Source of the DNA: a virus
Lineage: Duplodnaviria; Heunggongvirae; Uroviricota; Caudoviricetes
DNA length: 33,994 nt
Strand: one strand, 5' to 3'
IMG/VR virus record: IMGVR_UViG_2802429242_000009
Coordinates: 1-33,994 of that record
Below the pieces are notes generated by a model. The model saw nothing but the letters and a program-made list of their open reading frames with translations. It was not told where the DNA came from and did no database searches. Made by a program: the position numbers and the translations under genes. This document shows positions 1 through 7,437 of this stretch, one piece after another. Within the stretch, counting starts at the first letter, position 1. Every line of letters starts with the position of its first letter.

Positions 1-318
1 CTCAACACGCAGCTTCCCTACCGTTAGCGCAATTTCCTCGTTCTCCTGGTCGCGGGATTTGATGTATTGCTGGTTTCTTTCCCGTTCATCCAGCAGTGCC
101 AGCACTACTTCTGGGTTGAAAGCTGCGATATAATGAGCGTTGTTCTCTGCGTTTTTCTGTCCATCAAAGCCGGTCCATTTGATAACGTCTTCACATCGTT
201 TATCACCGGGCGTATGCACCGCATACGTACCAGTACCCGTCGAAATAAATGCAACCCATTCGCCTTGTGTTGCCAGTTGCGCCGCCTCACGCAGTGCCTG
301 ATAGTCAATCTCGCTCAC
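1..318 (-). CDS. Ead/Ea22-like early-region protein, 5' part only (gene runs off the window start)
   Basis: Minus-strand frame open from 318 to 1 with no stop; GTG start at 318-316 preceded by AGGAGG (330-325). Translation VSEIDYQALREAAQLATQGEWVAFISTGTGTYAVHTPGDKRCEDVIKW... resembles Ead/Ea22 proteins of lambdoid prophages (recalled). Absent from the ORF track because it is edge-truncated. Confidence 0.5.
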   Translation of the reverse strand, partial: MSEIDYQALREAAQLATQGEWVAFISTGTGTYAVHTPGDKRCEDVIKWTGFDGQKNAENNAHYIAAFNPEVVLALLDERERNQQYIKSRDQENEEIALTVGKLRVE

Positions 319-538
319 TGGTTGCCTCCTTTGCTCGCTGATTCCACTCTGCTCTAACCTCTGAATAAAAAATCGCGCAGTCATTTCCAGGCGCTGCATA
401 TTTGCTACCAGATTGAGCGCGACACGTACCGCATCGAACGAAATAGAATCGACCGCCAGAGCCATATTCAGGGTGATCTGCTTCGCTGGCAACGTGCGCT
501 GCGCCGCCACAGAATGGACATGGTAGTAGGTTGCTCAT
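305..538 (-). CDS. Lar-family restriction alleviation protein (zinc-ribbon)
   Basis: ATG at 538 overlaps the upstream gene's TGA (ATGA coupling). Product MSNLLPCPFCGG...CGTC has the CPFCGG zinc-ribbon motif typical of Lar-family proteins. The ORF-track start at 571 is probably too long. Confidence 0.5.
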   Translation of the reverse strand: MSNLLPCPFCGGAAHVASEADHPEYGSGGRFYFVRCGTCRAQSGSKYAAPGNDCAIFYSEVRAEWNQRAKEATSERD

Positions 539-1095
539 GAATGCACTCCCTCGTGAAGCTGTTCCGCACAATGCAGCAGGGCGTCAGTCGCCTCTTTCAC
601 CGTAACGCAGTCGCCATCGTCCAGCCCGGACACCGACGCGTGCTTAACGAACGCCGCGCAAAGGTCATCAAAAGCCTTAGCCCGGACTTCAGCCAGGAAA
701 GCATCGGTGGCTGGGGTGTCTGATTGCATAGACTTTGCGCGATAGTCATTCCACCCTCTTGCATACATGGGATTAACTTGCACTCCATCTTTTACGCAAT
801 ATGCCTGCCCTCCACGGTTGATAACCTTGATTTCGTCCATAGCGCCAGACTTCAGCCCCGCATTCTCCGCCGCCAGCGCCGAAAACTTCTCGTGTGCCAA
901 CTTAACAGCCGAATCAGCCTGCTTAATTGACTCAATCGCTTTTTGGTGGTCTTCGGACAGAGCCGAAATCTTGGCCTCCGCTTCAGCAAATTTACGCACC
1001 AGATATTCAGCGTTTGTTTCGTTAACTTTTAAATCTCGTGGGATGCATTTACCTTTCAGAAAACCATCCATCTCAATTAGTGACATTTGTTTCAT
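535..1095 (-). CDS. hypothetical early-region protein
   Basis: ORF-track frame 535..1113 begins with GTG; the first ATG is at 1095 (MKQMSLIEMDG...). No family recognised. Confidence 0.5.
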   Translation of the reverse strand: MKQMSLIEMDGFLKGKCIPRDLKVNETNAEYLVRKFAEAEAKISALSEDHQKAIESIKQADSAVKLAHEKFSALAAENAGLKSGAMDEIKVINRGGQAYCVKDGVQVNPMYARGWNDYRAKSMQSDTPATDAFLAEVRAKAFDDLCAAFVKHASVSGLDDGDCVTVKEATDALLHCAEQLHEGVHS

Positions 1096-1266
1096 TTCTT
1101 CCCACTCCGCCACATCGCATTCAGATATTTGTTTTGATTTACTGATGGAAAAGAATTTCTCTTAAGCAATTCCTCTCTCTATGGCATTGGCTTTACGCGT
1201 TGGCGAATAATCATTTCTGCCGGAAGAATGCCGGGATTGTATGCAAGTCCTCTCATGGTAAATTCC

Positions 1267-1563
1267 TCAGTCATTACTGATAGCGCCATAGCGTGAGCGG
1301 TAATTACGCAGGCGCGGGTCGATATATTCAGGGAAGTGGGTATATGTGGCTTTGCGGAATGGTCGGATTGATGTCTGGTAAATTCGATCGCGTTCTTCTT
1401 TCTCTGCAAGCCATATACAGTGGCGAAATTCCTTTTCCTCTTTCGTTTCCTGCGGTAGCAACATTATCAGGTCGTAGTTTTTTCTGAATTTATCCAGCAA
1501 CTCCGATACGGAATTGCCGGAACAGCGGCGCGGGTCATCCGCACCATACAGAGGCGCTGGCAT
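1267..1563 (-). CDS. hypothetical protein
   Basis: 98-aa ORF with ATG at 1563 preceded by AGGAG (revcomp of 1568-1572); lies directly downstream of the HNH gene in the same operon. Confidence 0.5.
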   Translation of the reverse strand: MPAPLYGADDPRRCSGNSVSELLDKFRKNYDLIMLLPQETKEEKEFRHCIWLAEKEERDRIYQTSIRPFRKATYTHFPEYIDPRLRNYRSRYGAISND

Positions 1564-1576
1564 GGTTTTCTCCTGA

Positions 1577-2056
1577 TTAAATTGCGTGAATAGCGTGACG
1601 AGGGAAGGGGAGAGTTACTGGCTCCTCGTCTGGGTAGATAGGTTTGTTATGTTTGTGCCACTCGACATGACATGACTTGCAGAGCCACATCACATCGGTT
1701 GGTTTGCTGTAGTCGCAGTGGTGCGCCTGTGGTTTACATTCTGATCCGCAGCACTCACATTGTGGTGGTCGGATTAGCTTACCGTCGCGCAAAAAATTAC
1801 CCACGATGATGTGGGCTTTTCTTTTCCATGGGTTGCTCTGAATGAACCGCTTTTTGGCTGCGTTACACCGTTCTCTGCCGCGTTCCGATGATTGATATTC
1901 TCTCCTTGCTGATACTCGATGTGGCAATCCCGCGCGCTCTTTGTCGTATTCAGCCAGGCAAGCCCGGCAAGCGGCAGTTAATCCATCTCTGGATGCTCTT
2001 CTGATTTGAAAGTCCCTTTCTTCCTTCTGTTGATGGCATCTTGAGCAGATTTTCAT
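1577..2056 (-). CDS. HNH-family endonuclease
   Basis: C-terminal CxxC...HHCDYSKP...WLCKSCH arrangement typical of an HNH zinc-finger nuclease; ATG start at 2056. Confidence 0.6.
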   Translation of the reverse strand: MKICSRCHQQKEERDFQIRRASRDGLTAACRACLAEYDKERAGLPHRVSARREYQSSERGRERCNAAKKRFIQSNPWKRKAHIIVGNFLRDGKLIRPPQCECCGSECKPQAHHCDYSKPTDVMWLCKSCHVEWHKHNKPIYPDEEPVTLPFPRHAIHAI

Positions 2057-2065
2057 ATTCAGCTC

Positions 2066-2539
2066 CTAGAACGGAATATCCGAATCGTCGAAGTTCATAG
2101 GTGGTTCGCTGTGATTTCCCTGCTGCTGAGGTTGCTGTCTTTGTTGCTGACCGTTATTTCGCTGAGGTGAAGACTGTTCATTGCCTCCTTGCTTGCCACC
2201 AAGCATTTGCATGGTTCCACCAACGCCTACGATAACTTCGGTAGTGAACCGATCCTGTCCGCTTTGATCCTGCCATTTTCTTGTCCGCAATTTGCCTTCA
2301 AGATAAACCTCTGAGCCTTTTCGCAGATACTCGCTGGCAATTTCTGCCAGTTTCCCGCTCATTACCACACGGTGCCACTCCGTCTGCTCCTTTTGCTCTC
2401 CAGTTTGCTTATCACGCCATTGTTCTGACGTAGCAACTGTAAGGTTTGCAAATGCCGTTCCTGATGGTGAATATCTGATTTCTGGATCATGCCCAAGGCG
2501 ACCAATAATGATCACCTTATTTACGCCTCTGATTGCCAT
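2066..2539 (-). CDS. ssb: single-stranded DNA-binding protein
   Basis: OB-fold N-terminus ([23 protein letters not shown]...), Gly/Gln-rich linker and the canonical acidic C-terminal DDSDIPF tail. Confidence 0.9.
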   Translation of the reverse strand: MAIRGVNKVIIIGRLGHDPEIRYSPSGTAFANLTVATSEQWRDKQTGEQKEQTEWHRVVMSGKLAEIASEYLRKGSEVYLEGKLRTRKWQDQSGQDRFTTEVIVGVGGTMQMLGGKQGGNEQSSPQRNNGQQQRQQPQQQGNHSEPPMNFDDSDIPF

Positions 2540-3247
2540 TTATGCCGCCTGTTTTAGTTCGTTAACTCTGATGTTCATTACCTGAACGCATTTAGCCTGC
2601 GCCTCCTCGTTTCCAGCCATTAATTGCCAGTCACGCTGATAACGCTCGATGAGTTTTTTCTTATCAGTTTCTTTCGATGCATAATCGCTGAAGTCTTTCA
2701 GGATTTGTTCGCAGTCAACCGATGGAGATTTCTGGTTGGTATTTTCTGGTGATGGTTTGTTATCTGATGCTGGGATTGCCCATACCGGCAGCGATGGAGG
2801 GAGCCAGTAAAATCCTGTTCCATCCTTCAGTTTTGCCCTGTGCCACCCCTGCTTTTTATCGAGAGATGTTTGTGCGAAACCTTCCTCAAGGTTATACAGA
2901 TACCGACCGATTCCCCACTGAACGGCAGCACGCTTCATTGCACCTGAACGACCACCTTTGACGGCTTCTACCTGCGTGTTTTCAGCAGCGTCCCATTTGG
3001 TTACCCATTCGGAATCAATCTTGATTGATATGCCGCATTCAACGCCTCCGTTGTTGGGAATATCGCGGTATTCATTGCGCCATCCTGCTTTGCCGCAAAC
3101 ATCGTCCAGGCGTTTCATGATTGCCCTGTTCGTGACATAAGCCAGCACCATAGCCCACACCTTTCCATCGCGTGTTTTACCGCTTTGCTGTATTCGCCAT
3201 TCGATATCTTCAGGGCTGAATGGCTCATCGAATTTATTCAAATCCAT
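2540..3247 (-). CDS. phage single-strand annealing recombinase (Rad52/Erf-like; exact family uncertain)
   Basis: 235-aa ORF abutting ssb, in the position of P22 erf. Motif KRAAVQWGIGRYLY and the SSB partnership suggest a recombinase. Confidence 0.6.
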   Translation of the reverse strand: MDLNKFDEPFSPEDIEWRIQQSGKTRDGKVWAMVLAYVTNRAIMKRLDDVCGKAGWRNEYRDIPNNGGVECGISIKIDSEWVTKWDAAENTQVEAVKGGRSGAMKRAAVQWGIGRYLYNLEEGFAQTSLDKKQGWHRAKLKDGTGFYWLPPSLPVWAIPASDNKPSPENTNQKSPSVDCEQILKDFSDYASKETDKKKLIERYQRDWQLMAGNEEAQAKCVQVMNIRVNELKQAA

Positions 3248-3255
3248 AATTCACC

Positions 3256-3426
3256 TCAGAATGGACACGGCCCAAGGAAATAACGCTGATTTAATACTTC
3301 GACTCGGGACAAATTAAGGCATACCCGCATTCCTTCGCGGTCGCCATTATGGCGATACCAGAGAGCTTTCTGCGTGTACATGCGTCTCTGTAACTTGCTC
3401 TCCTTCACTGTGGTTGCAAGTGGCAT
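3256..3426 (-). CDS. small hypothetical protein (arf-position ORF)
   Basis: 56-aa ORF, ATG at 3426 with GGAG 7 nt upstream. Overlaps a second 52-aa ORF (3347..3505) in another frame; unclear which is expressed. Below the ORF-track size cutoff. Confidence 0.3.
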   Translation of the reverse strand: MPLATTVKESKLQRRMYTQKALWYRHNGDREGMRVCLNLSRVEVLNQRYFLGPCPF

Positions 3427-3501
3427 GAATATCTCCTTCGTTACCGATTAATTCTTTCATCTGACGAATGAATTCTTCGTCTGACCAGTTATCTGCAAAA
3501 C

Positions 3502-3654
3502 TCATTTCCTGCGATACCACGGAAGGTTGATAGCTGATTTCATCGCTTTATTTGCTTCAAGCCACATTTTTGAATCACCAATAAATCTGGCTATTACTGC
3601 TTTGTTTTGTGCAGCACGAAGCATCTGGTGATTGATGGCTATTTCATTGCGCAT
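3502..3654 (-). CDS. Kil-like small protein (tentative)
   Basis: 50-aa ORF MRNEIAINHQMLRAAQNKAVIARFIGDSKMWLEANKAM... sits immediately downstream of cIII, as kil does in P22/lambda. The FIGD.KM motif matches my recollection of lambda Kil; unverified. Confidence 0.4.
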   Translation of the reverse strand: MRNEIAINHQMLRAAQNKAVIARFIGDSKMWLEANKAMKSAINLPWYRRK

Positions 3655-3770
3655 AATAAGACCTCAACTCTTTTCCATCCGTCACGTAATTTACGGGTGA
3701 TTCGTTCAAGTAAAGATTCATTTAATTGGAAGGCACCCATGCGAGCGCCTCCCGCGATTGCGTAAATCAT
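3639..3770 (-). CDS. cIII: CIII-like protein (FtsH inhibitor)
   Basis: 43-aa ORF MIYAIAGGARMGAFQLNESLLERITRKLRDGWKRVEVLLCAMK, ATG at 3770 with AAGGA 7 nt upstream. The core SLLERITRKLRDGWKR matches the conserved lambda CIII region. Missed by the ORF track (under 60 aa). Confidence 0.75.
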   Translation of the reverse strand: MIYAIAGGARMGAFQLNESLLERITRKLRDGWKRVEVLLCAMK

Positions 3771-3794
3771 GGGTGGTTCCTTATGTTGGTTTTA

Positions 3795-4763
3795 TTAGTA
3801 GGTTATTTTTGTTGCGAATACTTCGCCTTTTACGATGGCTGTTATGATATTTTTAGCAACATCTTCTGATGCGCCAACCTTGATAAGGTCAGCAAGTATT
3901 TTGTTATTTACTTCTTTCCGGTGAGCTTTATCCTTTGCTCTACGCTCTTCTTCGTCCTTGATTCTTTTTTCTTCTGCTATTCTGGCTTGCTCTTTTACTT
4001 CAGCCTCGCGCCGGATTCGTTCAGCCTCCTCCTGTGCTTTTCGGCGTTCTGCTTCAATTGCCGCCTGCTTTTCTCTTTCAGCTCGTTCTGCTGCCTCTTT
4101 TGCTTCGCGCTGTGCTCGTTGCTCGGCTTCAATACGTTCACGCTCTGCACGTTCCGCTGCTGCCTTAGCTTCTGCTTCTCGCCTTGCTGCTGCTTCAATT
4201 TCGGCTTTTGCCTTTGCTTCGGCTTCAGCTCTGGCTTTCTCTTCAGCTTCTCTTTTTAAGCGTTCTTCATGCTCTCGCTTTTCCTGCTCCGCTTTGAGTC
4301 TTGCCTCTTCTCTTTGGCGGTCAAATTCGCGATCCATCAAAATCGCTATTTCATGGTCAGACTCAATTTGCTTTGCGAGAGCTTCAGCTGCTGCCTTAGC
4401 TTCTTCTTCGGCTTTAATCCGTGCCTGTTCCTCCTCATAATCAGTAAGAGGCTGGCGCGCCTTGGCTTTCAGTTCATCAAGGCGATCGCGCACTGTCTTG
4501 CGGTTGGCATCAATTAGCTTTGGAATTTCCTTCAGTTCAGCAACAAGGTCTTTGCCAAGACCATCGAGATATGTTTTCGTCTGCGCAACTTTATACGCCA
4601 GAGAAGCGATCTCCTTTCTGCCCTTTGCCGTTGTGATATCAGGCACAAAGGACATAACTTCACGTTCAACCTTTTGAAGGATTTCTTCAATCTGGTCGGC
4701 AGACTGAAATACAGTCATTGCATTTGCTTTTTCAATAACAACTAAATCTGTTACTTCACTCAT
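3795..4763 (-). CDS. E/A/K/R-rich coiled-coil protein (TolA-like low-complexity centre), function unknown
   Basis: 322-aa ORF, ATG at 4763 with GGAGG upstream. Ordinary N-terminal ~110 aa, ~170 aa of charged helical repeat (AEAEAKAKAEIEAAARREAEAKAAAERAERE...), then a distinct C-terminal ~45 aa. Confidence 0.6.
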   Translation of the reverse strand: MSEVTDLVVIEKANAMTVFQSADQIEEILQKVEREVMSFVPDITTAKGRKEIASLAYKVAQTKTYLDGLGKDLVAELKEIPKLIDANRKTVRDRLDELKAKARQPLTDYEEEQARIKAEEEAKAAAEALAKQIESDHEIAILMDREFDRQREEARLKAEQEKREHEERLKREAEEKARAEAEAKAKAEIEAAARREAEAKAAAERAERERIEAEQRAQREAKEAAERAEREKQAAIEAERRKAQEEAERIRREAEVKEQARIAEEKRIKDEEERRAKDKAHRKEVNNKILADLIKVGASEDVAKNIITAIVKGEVFATKITY

Positions 4764-4775
4764 ATATATCCTCCG

Positions 4776-4806
4776 TCAAAAAAATTGCCCTCACACTGGA
4801 GGGCAA
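4776..4806 (-). terminator. intrinsic terminator within the pL operon (tL1-like)
   Basis: Plus-strand stems TTGCCCTC (4785-4792) and GAGGGCAA (4799-4806) with a 6-nt loop; on the minus strand the hairpin is followed by TTTTTTT (plus 4777-4783 aaaaaaa). Confidence 0.5.
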
Positions 4807-4938
4807 AGAAGATTTCCAATAATCAGAACAAGTCGGCTCCTGTTTAGTTACGAGCGACATTGCTCCGTGTATTCACTCGTTGGAATGAATACACAGTGCA
4901 GTGTTTATTCTGTTGTTTATGCCAAAGATAAAGGCCGA

Positions 4939-5562
4939 CTATGCGGCCTCGGAAGGAAGCCCAATCATCTTATTCAAATCTTCTACCCGTAAAGCAGGAA
5001 GTGCTGTACTTGCTTTATCTGCTTCTTTTGGTAGCAATTCTTTGCTTTCAGGCCAAACTTCAATAAGTCGCTTAACTGTTGTGACTGAGTTTAAAGCAGC
5101 CCATACATTTGATTCGATATCCTTTTTCTTGGCTTCAAGTTTTTGTTGCAATGCGCAGATTTCATCAAACCTTTTTGTTATTTCGTGTTCTGCGTCAAAC
5201 ATGCATTTATCTTTTTCTGGGGTGGGGAGCAATATATCTTCACCGTTGCCGTCTTTTCCGTATGAATGCCAGCCAACCCTTCTTCCAGATACAGTCAGAT
5301 AAATCGAAGTAGAACGAACATCGCATGAGTAAAATGAACATCCCATCTTCTCAAGTTCTTCACTTATAGCTGCTAACTTGGATGATAACTGATCCACTTC
5401 CTCAGTTTTATTTTCCCCGCCAAACGCAATAACTCTGGCGTCAAGTGCAAGTTGGTTCTTTAACTTTGTTACTTCTTCAAGTTCAGTGAAAACTCCAGAC
5501 TTAATTAAAGCGTTACGAGCGATTTCCTCTTTCATTCTCGTAGTTAAGCGGATTGATGACAT
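4939..5562 (-). CDS. hypothetical accessory protein, AT-rich (moron candidate)
   Basis: ORF-track frame 4939..5577 starts at TTG; the first ATG is at 5562 (MSSIRLTTRMKEE...) with GAGAGG upstream. Visibly AT-richer than neighbours. No family recognised. Confidence 0.55.
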   Translation of the reverse strand: MSSIRLTTRMKEEIARNALIKSGVFTELEEVTKLKNQLALDARVIAFGGENKTEEVDQLSSKLAAISEELEKMGCSFYSCDVRSTSIYLTVSGRRVGWHSYGKDGNGEDILLPTPEKDKCMFDAEHEITKRFDEICALQQKLEAKKKDIESNVWAALNSVTTVKRLIEVWPESKELLPKEADKASTALPALRVEDLNKMIGLPSEAA

Positions 5563-5573
5563 ATTAATTCCTC

Positions 5574-5873
5574 TCAAATAAGTGGTTTGCTACCTAATTT
5601 CATTTTCTGGCGACCAACACAAGTCACGCCCATTTCACTGCGTGGCTTGCGGTAGTAAATACGGTTCTGTTTACGCTCGACTTCATCTGCCTTCTTGCAG
5701 CGAAGGCTGCCAAGTGATGCTGCTTTGTCTGCTCTGACGCAACCAGAGAGCTTTAGCGCAATTTTTCGCGCCAGTCGCTGCTCTTGCATTGCCTGTTCAC
5801 GTTGAGCCTGTCTGCGTGCTCTGCGGCGATTTCTGGCGTTATCGTCAGCCAGATATGTAATGACTACTGTCAT
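5574..5873 (-). CDS. N: antitermination protein N (lambda-N-like)
   Basis: C-terminus ERKQNRIYYRKPRSEMGVTCVGRQKMKLGSKPLI aligns with the lambda N C-terminus; N-terminal arginine-rich motif NARNRRRARRQAQREQ. Start placed at ATG 5873 (GGAGG upstream), not the upstream extension in the ORF track. Confidence 0.8.
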   Translation of the reverse strand: MTVVITYLADDNARNRRRARRQAQREQAMQEQRLARKIALKLSGCVRADKAASLGSLRCKKADEVERKQNRIYYRKPRSEMGVTCVGRQKMKLGSKPLI

Positions 5874-5913
5874 GTTGACCTCCGGGAAGGTACACATCCT
5901 TGTGTGTCGATGA

Positions 5914-6033
5914 TTATTTGTTTTTGCGTTCCCACATCCAGTCATCTACTTCAGACCAGATAGTGAAACCGAAGCAGATGGCGAATGTGGTAACTAAACC
6001 ACCGAGAATTGGGTTGGTCATGATGTCTAACAT
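5914..6033 (-). CDS. small hydrophobic ORF in the N leader (speculative)
   Basis: 39-aa ORF MLDIMTNPILGGLVTTFAICFGFTIWSEVDDWMWERKNK, ATG at 6033 with GAGG upstream. Could be a leader peptide or chance ORF. Confidence 0.25.
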   Translation of the reverse strand: MLDIMTNPILGGLVTTFAICFGFTIWSEVDDWMWERKNK

Positions 6034-6203
6034 TTTCTGTTCCTCAGATGATTAGCTTTGGTGGTGTGGTAGGTGGGAGACCCATTTCGACCCGCTTCGT
6101 CCGACTTCAATTCGGCAATAGTCCCGCAGGCCTCGCCGCTTTACGTGCGACATATTCCCGTCCATGAACCCTTCACCACACCCCAAAGCCAACTACTCTT
6201 TGG

Positions 6204-6245
6204 TTCCCGCATTTCGGCGGGACAATCCCATCAATGTTAAAGAGC
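6204..6245 (-). promoter_or_regulatory. nutL (boxA + boxB)
   Basis: Minus-strand boxA GCTCTTTAACA (plus 6235-6245), then boxB hairpin TCCCGCCGAAATGCGGGAA (plus 6204-6222) 12 nt downstream. The 19-nt boxB is identical to the one after cro. Confidence 0.8.
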
Positions 6246-6289
6246 CTGCCAATCTGTTCCGTTTGGCTACCAGCGTCCTGCTGATGGCT

Positions 6290-6370
6290 TAAATTTAAGA
6301 TCTCTTTAATTAATGGTCAAGAGTATTTTTGAAGAAAACTTAAATTTTCTTTCGTAACTTAAGTTTGGCT
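6290..6370 (-). promoter_or_regulatory. OL operators and pL promoter
   Basis: Minus-strand -35 TTGACC (plus 6315-6320) and -10 TAAATT (plus 6292-6297) with a 17-nt spacer. ATTTAAGATCTCTTTAAT (6293-6310) matches the P22-type operator half-sites seen in OR. Confidence 0.6.
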
Positions 6371-6385
6371 TTGATTTTTAAAGGA

Positions 6386-6411
6386 AATAAAAAAAAAGGG
6401 GCGAATGCCCC
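6386..6411 (-). terminator. intrinsic terminator ending the repressor transcript
   Basis: GGGGC (6398-6402) / GCCCC (6407-6411) stem with GAAT loop, overlapping the repressor stop; followed on the minus strand by a long T-run (plus 6386-6397 A-run). Confidence 0.6.
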
Positions 6412-6412
6412 C

Positions 6413-7063
6413 TTATGGAAGGTTTGCTAGTTTTGCATCGACAACTACGCCGATGATTTTGCAGTTTCCGTTGATCTCGATCATCGGATATTGTGGGTTA
6501 AGTGGTTTTAGAAACTTCCTGCCTGCATCAATAACTAACTTCTTGAAAGTTGCCTCGTTTTCTCCTTCGAGCTTTGCAACTACCAGTTTCCCGTTACGCG
6601 GCTCTACTTCAGGATCGACGAGTATTATCATTCCTTCAGGGATACTGAGACCGGCCGGAGCCGTCATTGAGTCTCCCTTCACGTCCAACCAAAACGAATC
6701 TTCTGAACAGTCTACGGTTGTATCGTACCAGTTATCTATTGCACGCTTATGATATGGTTCCACAGCTTCCATCCAGCATCCTGCGCTCACCCAGCTAATC
6801 AGAGGGTATGACCCTCTTGGATCATGCCTACTGTGATAGGCAATGTTTGAAAGACTTTCCTCTCCTTTCATCAGATAGTCAGGGGAACACTTCAACGCAT
6901 TAGCCAGGGCGAGAAGATTCTCTCCATTTGGCTCTGTCTCAGAGCGTTCCCACTGAGATATGGCAACATTAGACACGCCGACCATCTTTCCAAGTGCGGC
7001 CTGCCTGATCTTGAGTTCTTTTCTCCGAGCGCGAATGCGCTCTCCCATCAATTGAGTTTTCAT
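6413..7063 (-). CDS. c2: CI-type repressor, phage P22 C2-like (HTH + S24 autopeptidase)
   Basis: 216-aa product MKTQLMGERIRARRKELKIRQAALGKMVGVSNVAISQWERSETEPNGENLLAL... is near-identical over most of its length to P22 C2 as I recall it, including the LexA-like C-terminal domain. Confidence 0.95.
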   Translation of the reverse strand: MKTQLMGERIRARRKELKIRQAALGKMVGVSNVAISQWERSETEPNGENLLALANALKCSPDYLMKGEESLSNIAYHSRHDPRGSYPLISWVSAGCWMEAVEPYHKRAIDNWYDTTVDCSEDSFWLDVKGDSMTAPAGLSIPEGMIILVDPEVEPRNGKLVVAKLEGENEATFKKLVIDAGRKFLKPLNPQYPMIEINGNCKIIGVVVDAKLANLP

Positions 7064-7143
7064 AGTTAAGACATCTTAAATAAACTTGACTTAAGATTCC
7101 TTTAGTGGATAATTTAAGTGTTCTTTAATTTCGGAGCGAGTCT
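7064..7143. promoter_or_regulatory. OR operators with divergent pR/pRM
   Basis: Three ~18-bp sites: AGTTAAGACATCTTAAAT (7065-7082), CTTAAGATTCCTTTAGTG (7090-7107), ATTTAAGTGTTCTTTAAT (7111-7128). pR -35 TTGACT (7086-7091) and -10 GATAAT (7108-7113). Confidence 0.8.
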
Positions 7144-7329
7144 ATGTACAAGAAAGATGTTATCGACCACTTCGGAACCCAGCGTGCTGTAGCTAAAGCG
7201 TTAGGCATTAGCGACGCAGCAGTCTCTCAGTGGAAGGAAGTCATCCCAGAGAAAGACGCCTATCGACTGGAAGTCGTTACAGCTGGCGCCCTGAAGTATC
7301 AAGAAAGCGCTTACCGCAAAGCGGCATAA
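7144..7329 (+). CDS. cro: Cro repressor
   Basis: 61-aa HTH protein MYKKDVIDHFGTQRAVAKALGISDAAVSQWK... transcribed divergently from the repressor; matches P22 Cro (recalled). Confidence 0.9.
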   Translation: MYKKDVIDHFGTQRAVAKALGISDAAVSQWKEVIPEKDAYRLEVVTAGALKYQESAYRKAA

Positions 7330-7336
7330 GCAAATT

Positions 7337-7380
7337 GCTCTTTAACAGTCATGGTCCTCATTCCCGCCGAAATGCGGGAA
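7337..7380 (+). promoter_or_regulatory. nutR (boxA + boxB)
   Basis: boxA GCTCTTTAACA (7337-7347) and boxB TTCCCGCCGAAATGCGGGAA (7361-7380; 7-bp stem, 6-nt loop); same 19-nt core as nutL. Confidence 0.8.
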
Positions 7381-7386
7381 TACAAC

Positions 7387-7420
7387 GCGCATAAGTTGAT
7401 GCGCATAACTTCTTATTTGT
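7387..7420 (+). terminator. tR1-like weak terminator
   Basis: Hairpin GCGCAT (7387-7392) / ATGCGC (7399-7404) followed by a U-rich stretch, between nutR and the cII-like start. Confidence 0.35.
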
Positions 7421-7437
7421 TAAGGAAATACTTACAT

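Noticed and set aside
67..357. ORF-track ORFs 67..357 (+) and 105..308 (-) at the window start
   Set aside because: Both have implausible Cys/Arg/Trp-rich composition and no ribosome-binding site. A third, edge-truncated minus-strand frame with an RBS and Ea22-like translation explains the region better.
1179..1409. Minus-strand ORF 1179..1409 overlapping 1267..1563
   Set aside because: Overlaps the better-supported 1267..1563 gene in another frame; at most a 28-35 codon tail could be real, and I could not support it.
3921..4440. Plus-strand ORFs 3921..4259, 3958..4440 and minus-strand 3995..4198 inside the coiled-coil gene
   Set aside because: Extremely low-complexity (Ser/Ala/Phe/Cys runs); they are shadow frames of the periodic GAA/GCT-rich coding repeat of the gene at 3795..4763.
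7351..7437. Extended N-terminus of the cII-like ORF (ORF track start 7351)
   Set aside because: The extension overlaps the nutR boxB hairpin and the tR1-like terminator and lacks an RBS; ATG 7438 with AAGGAAAT upstream gives the 97-aa lambda-CII-length product.
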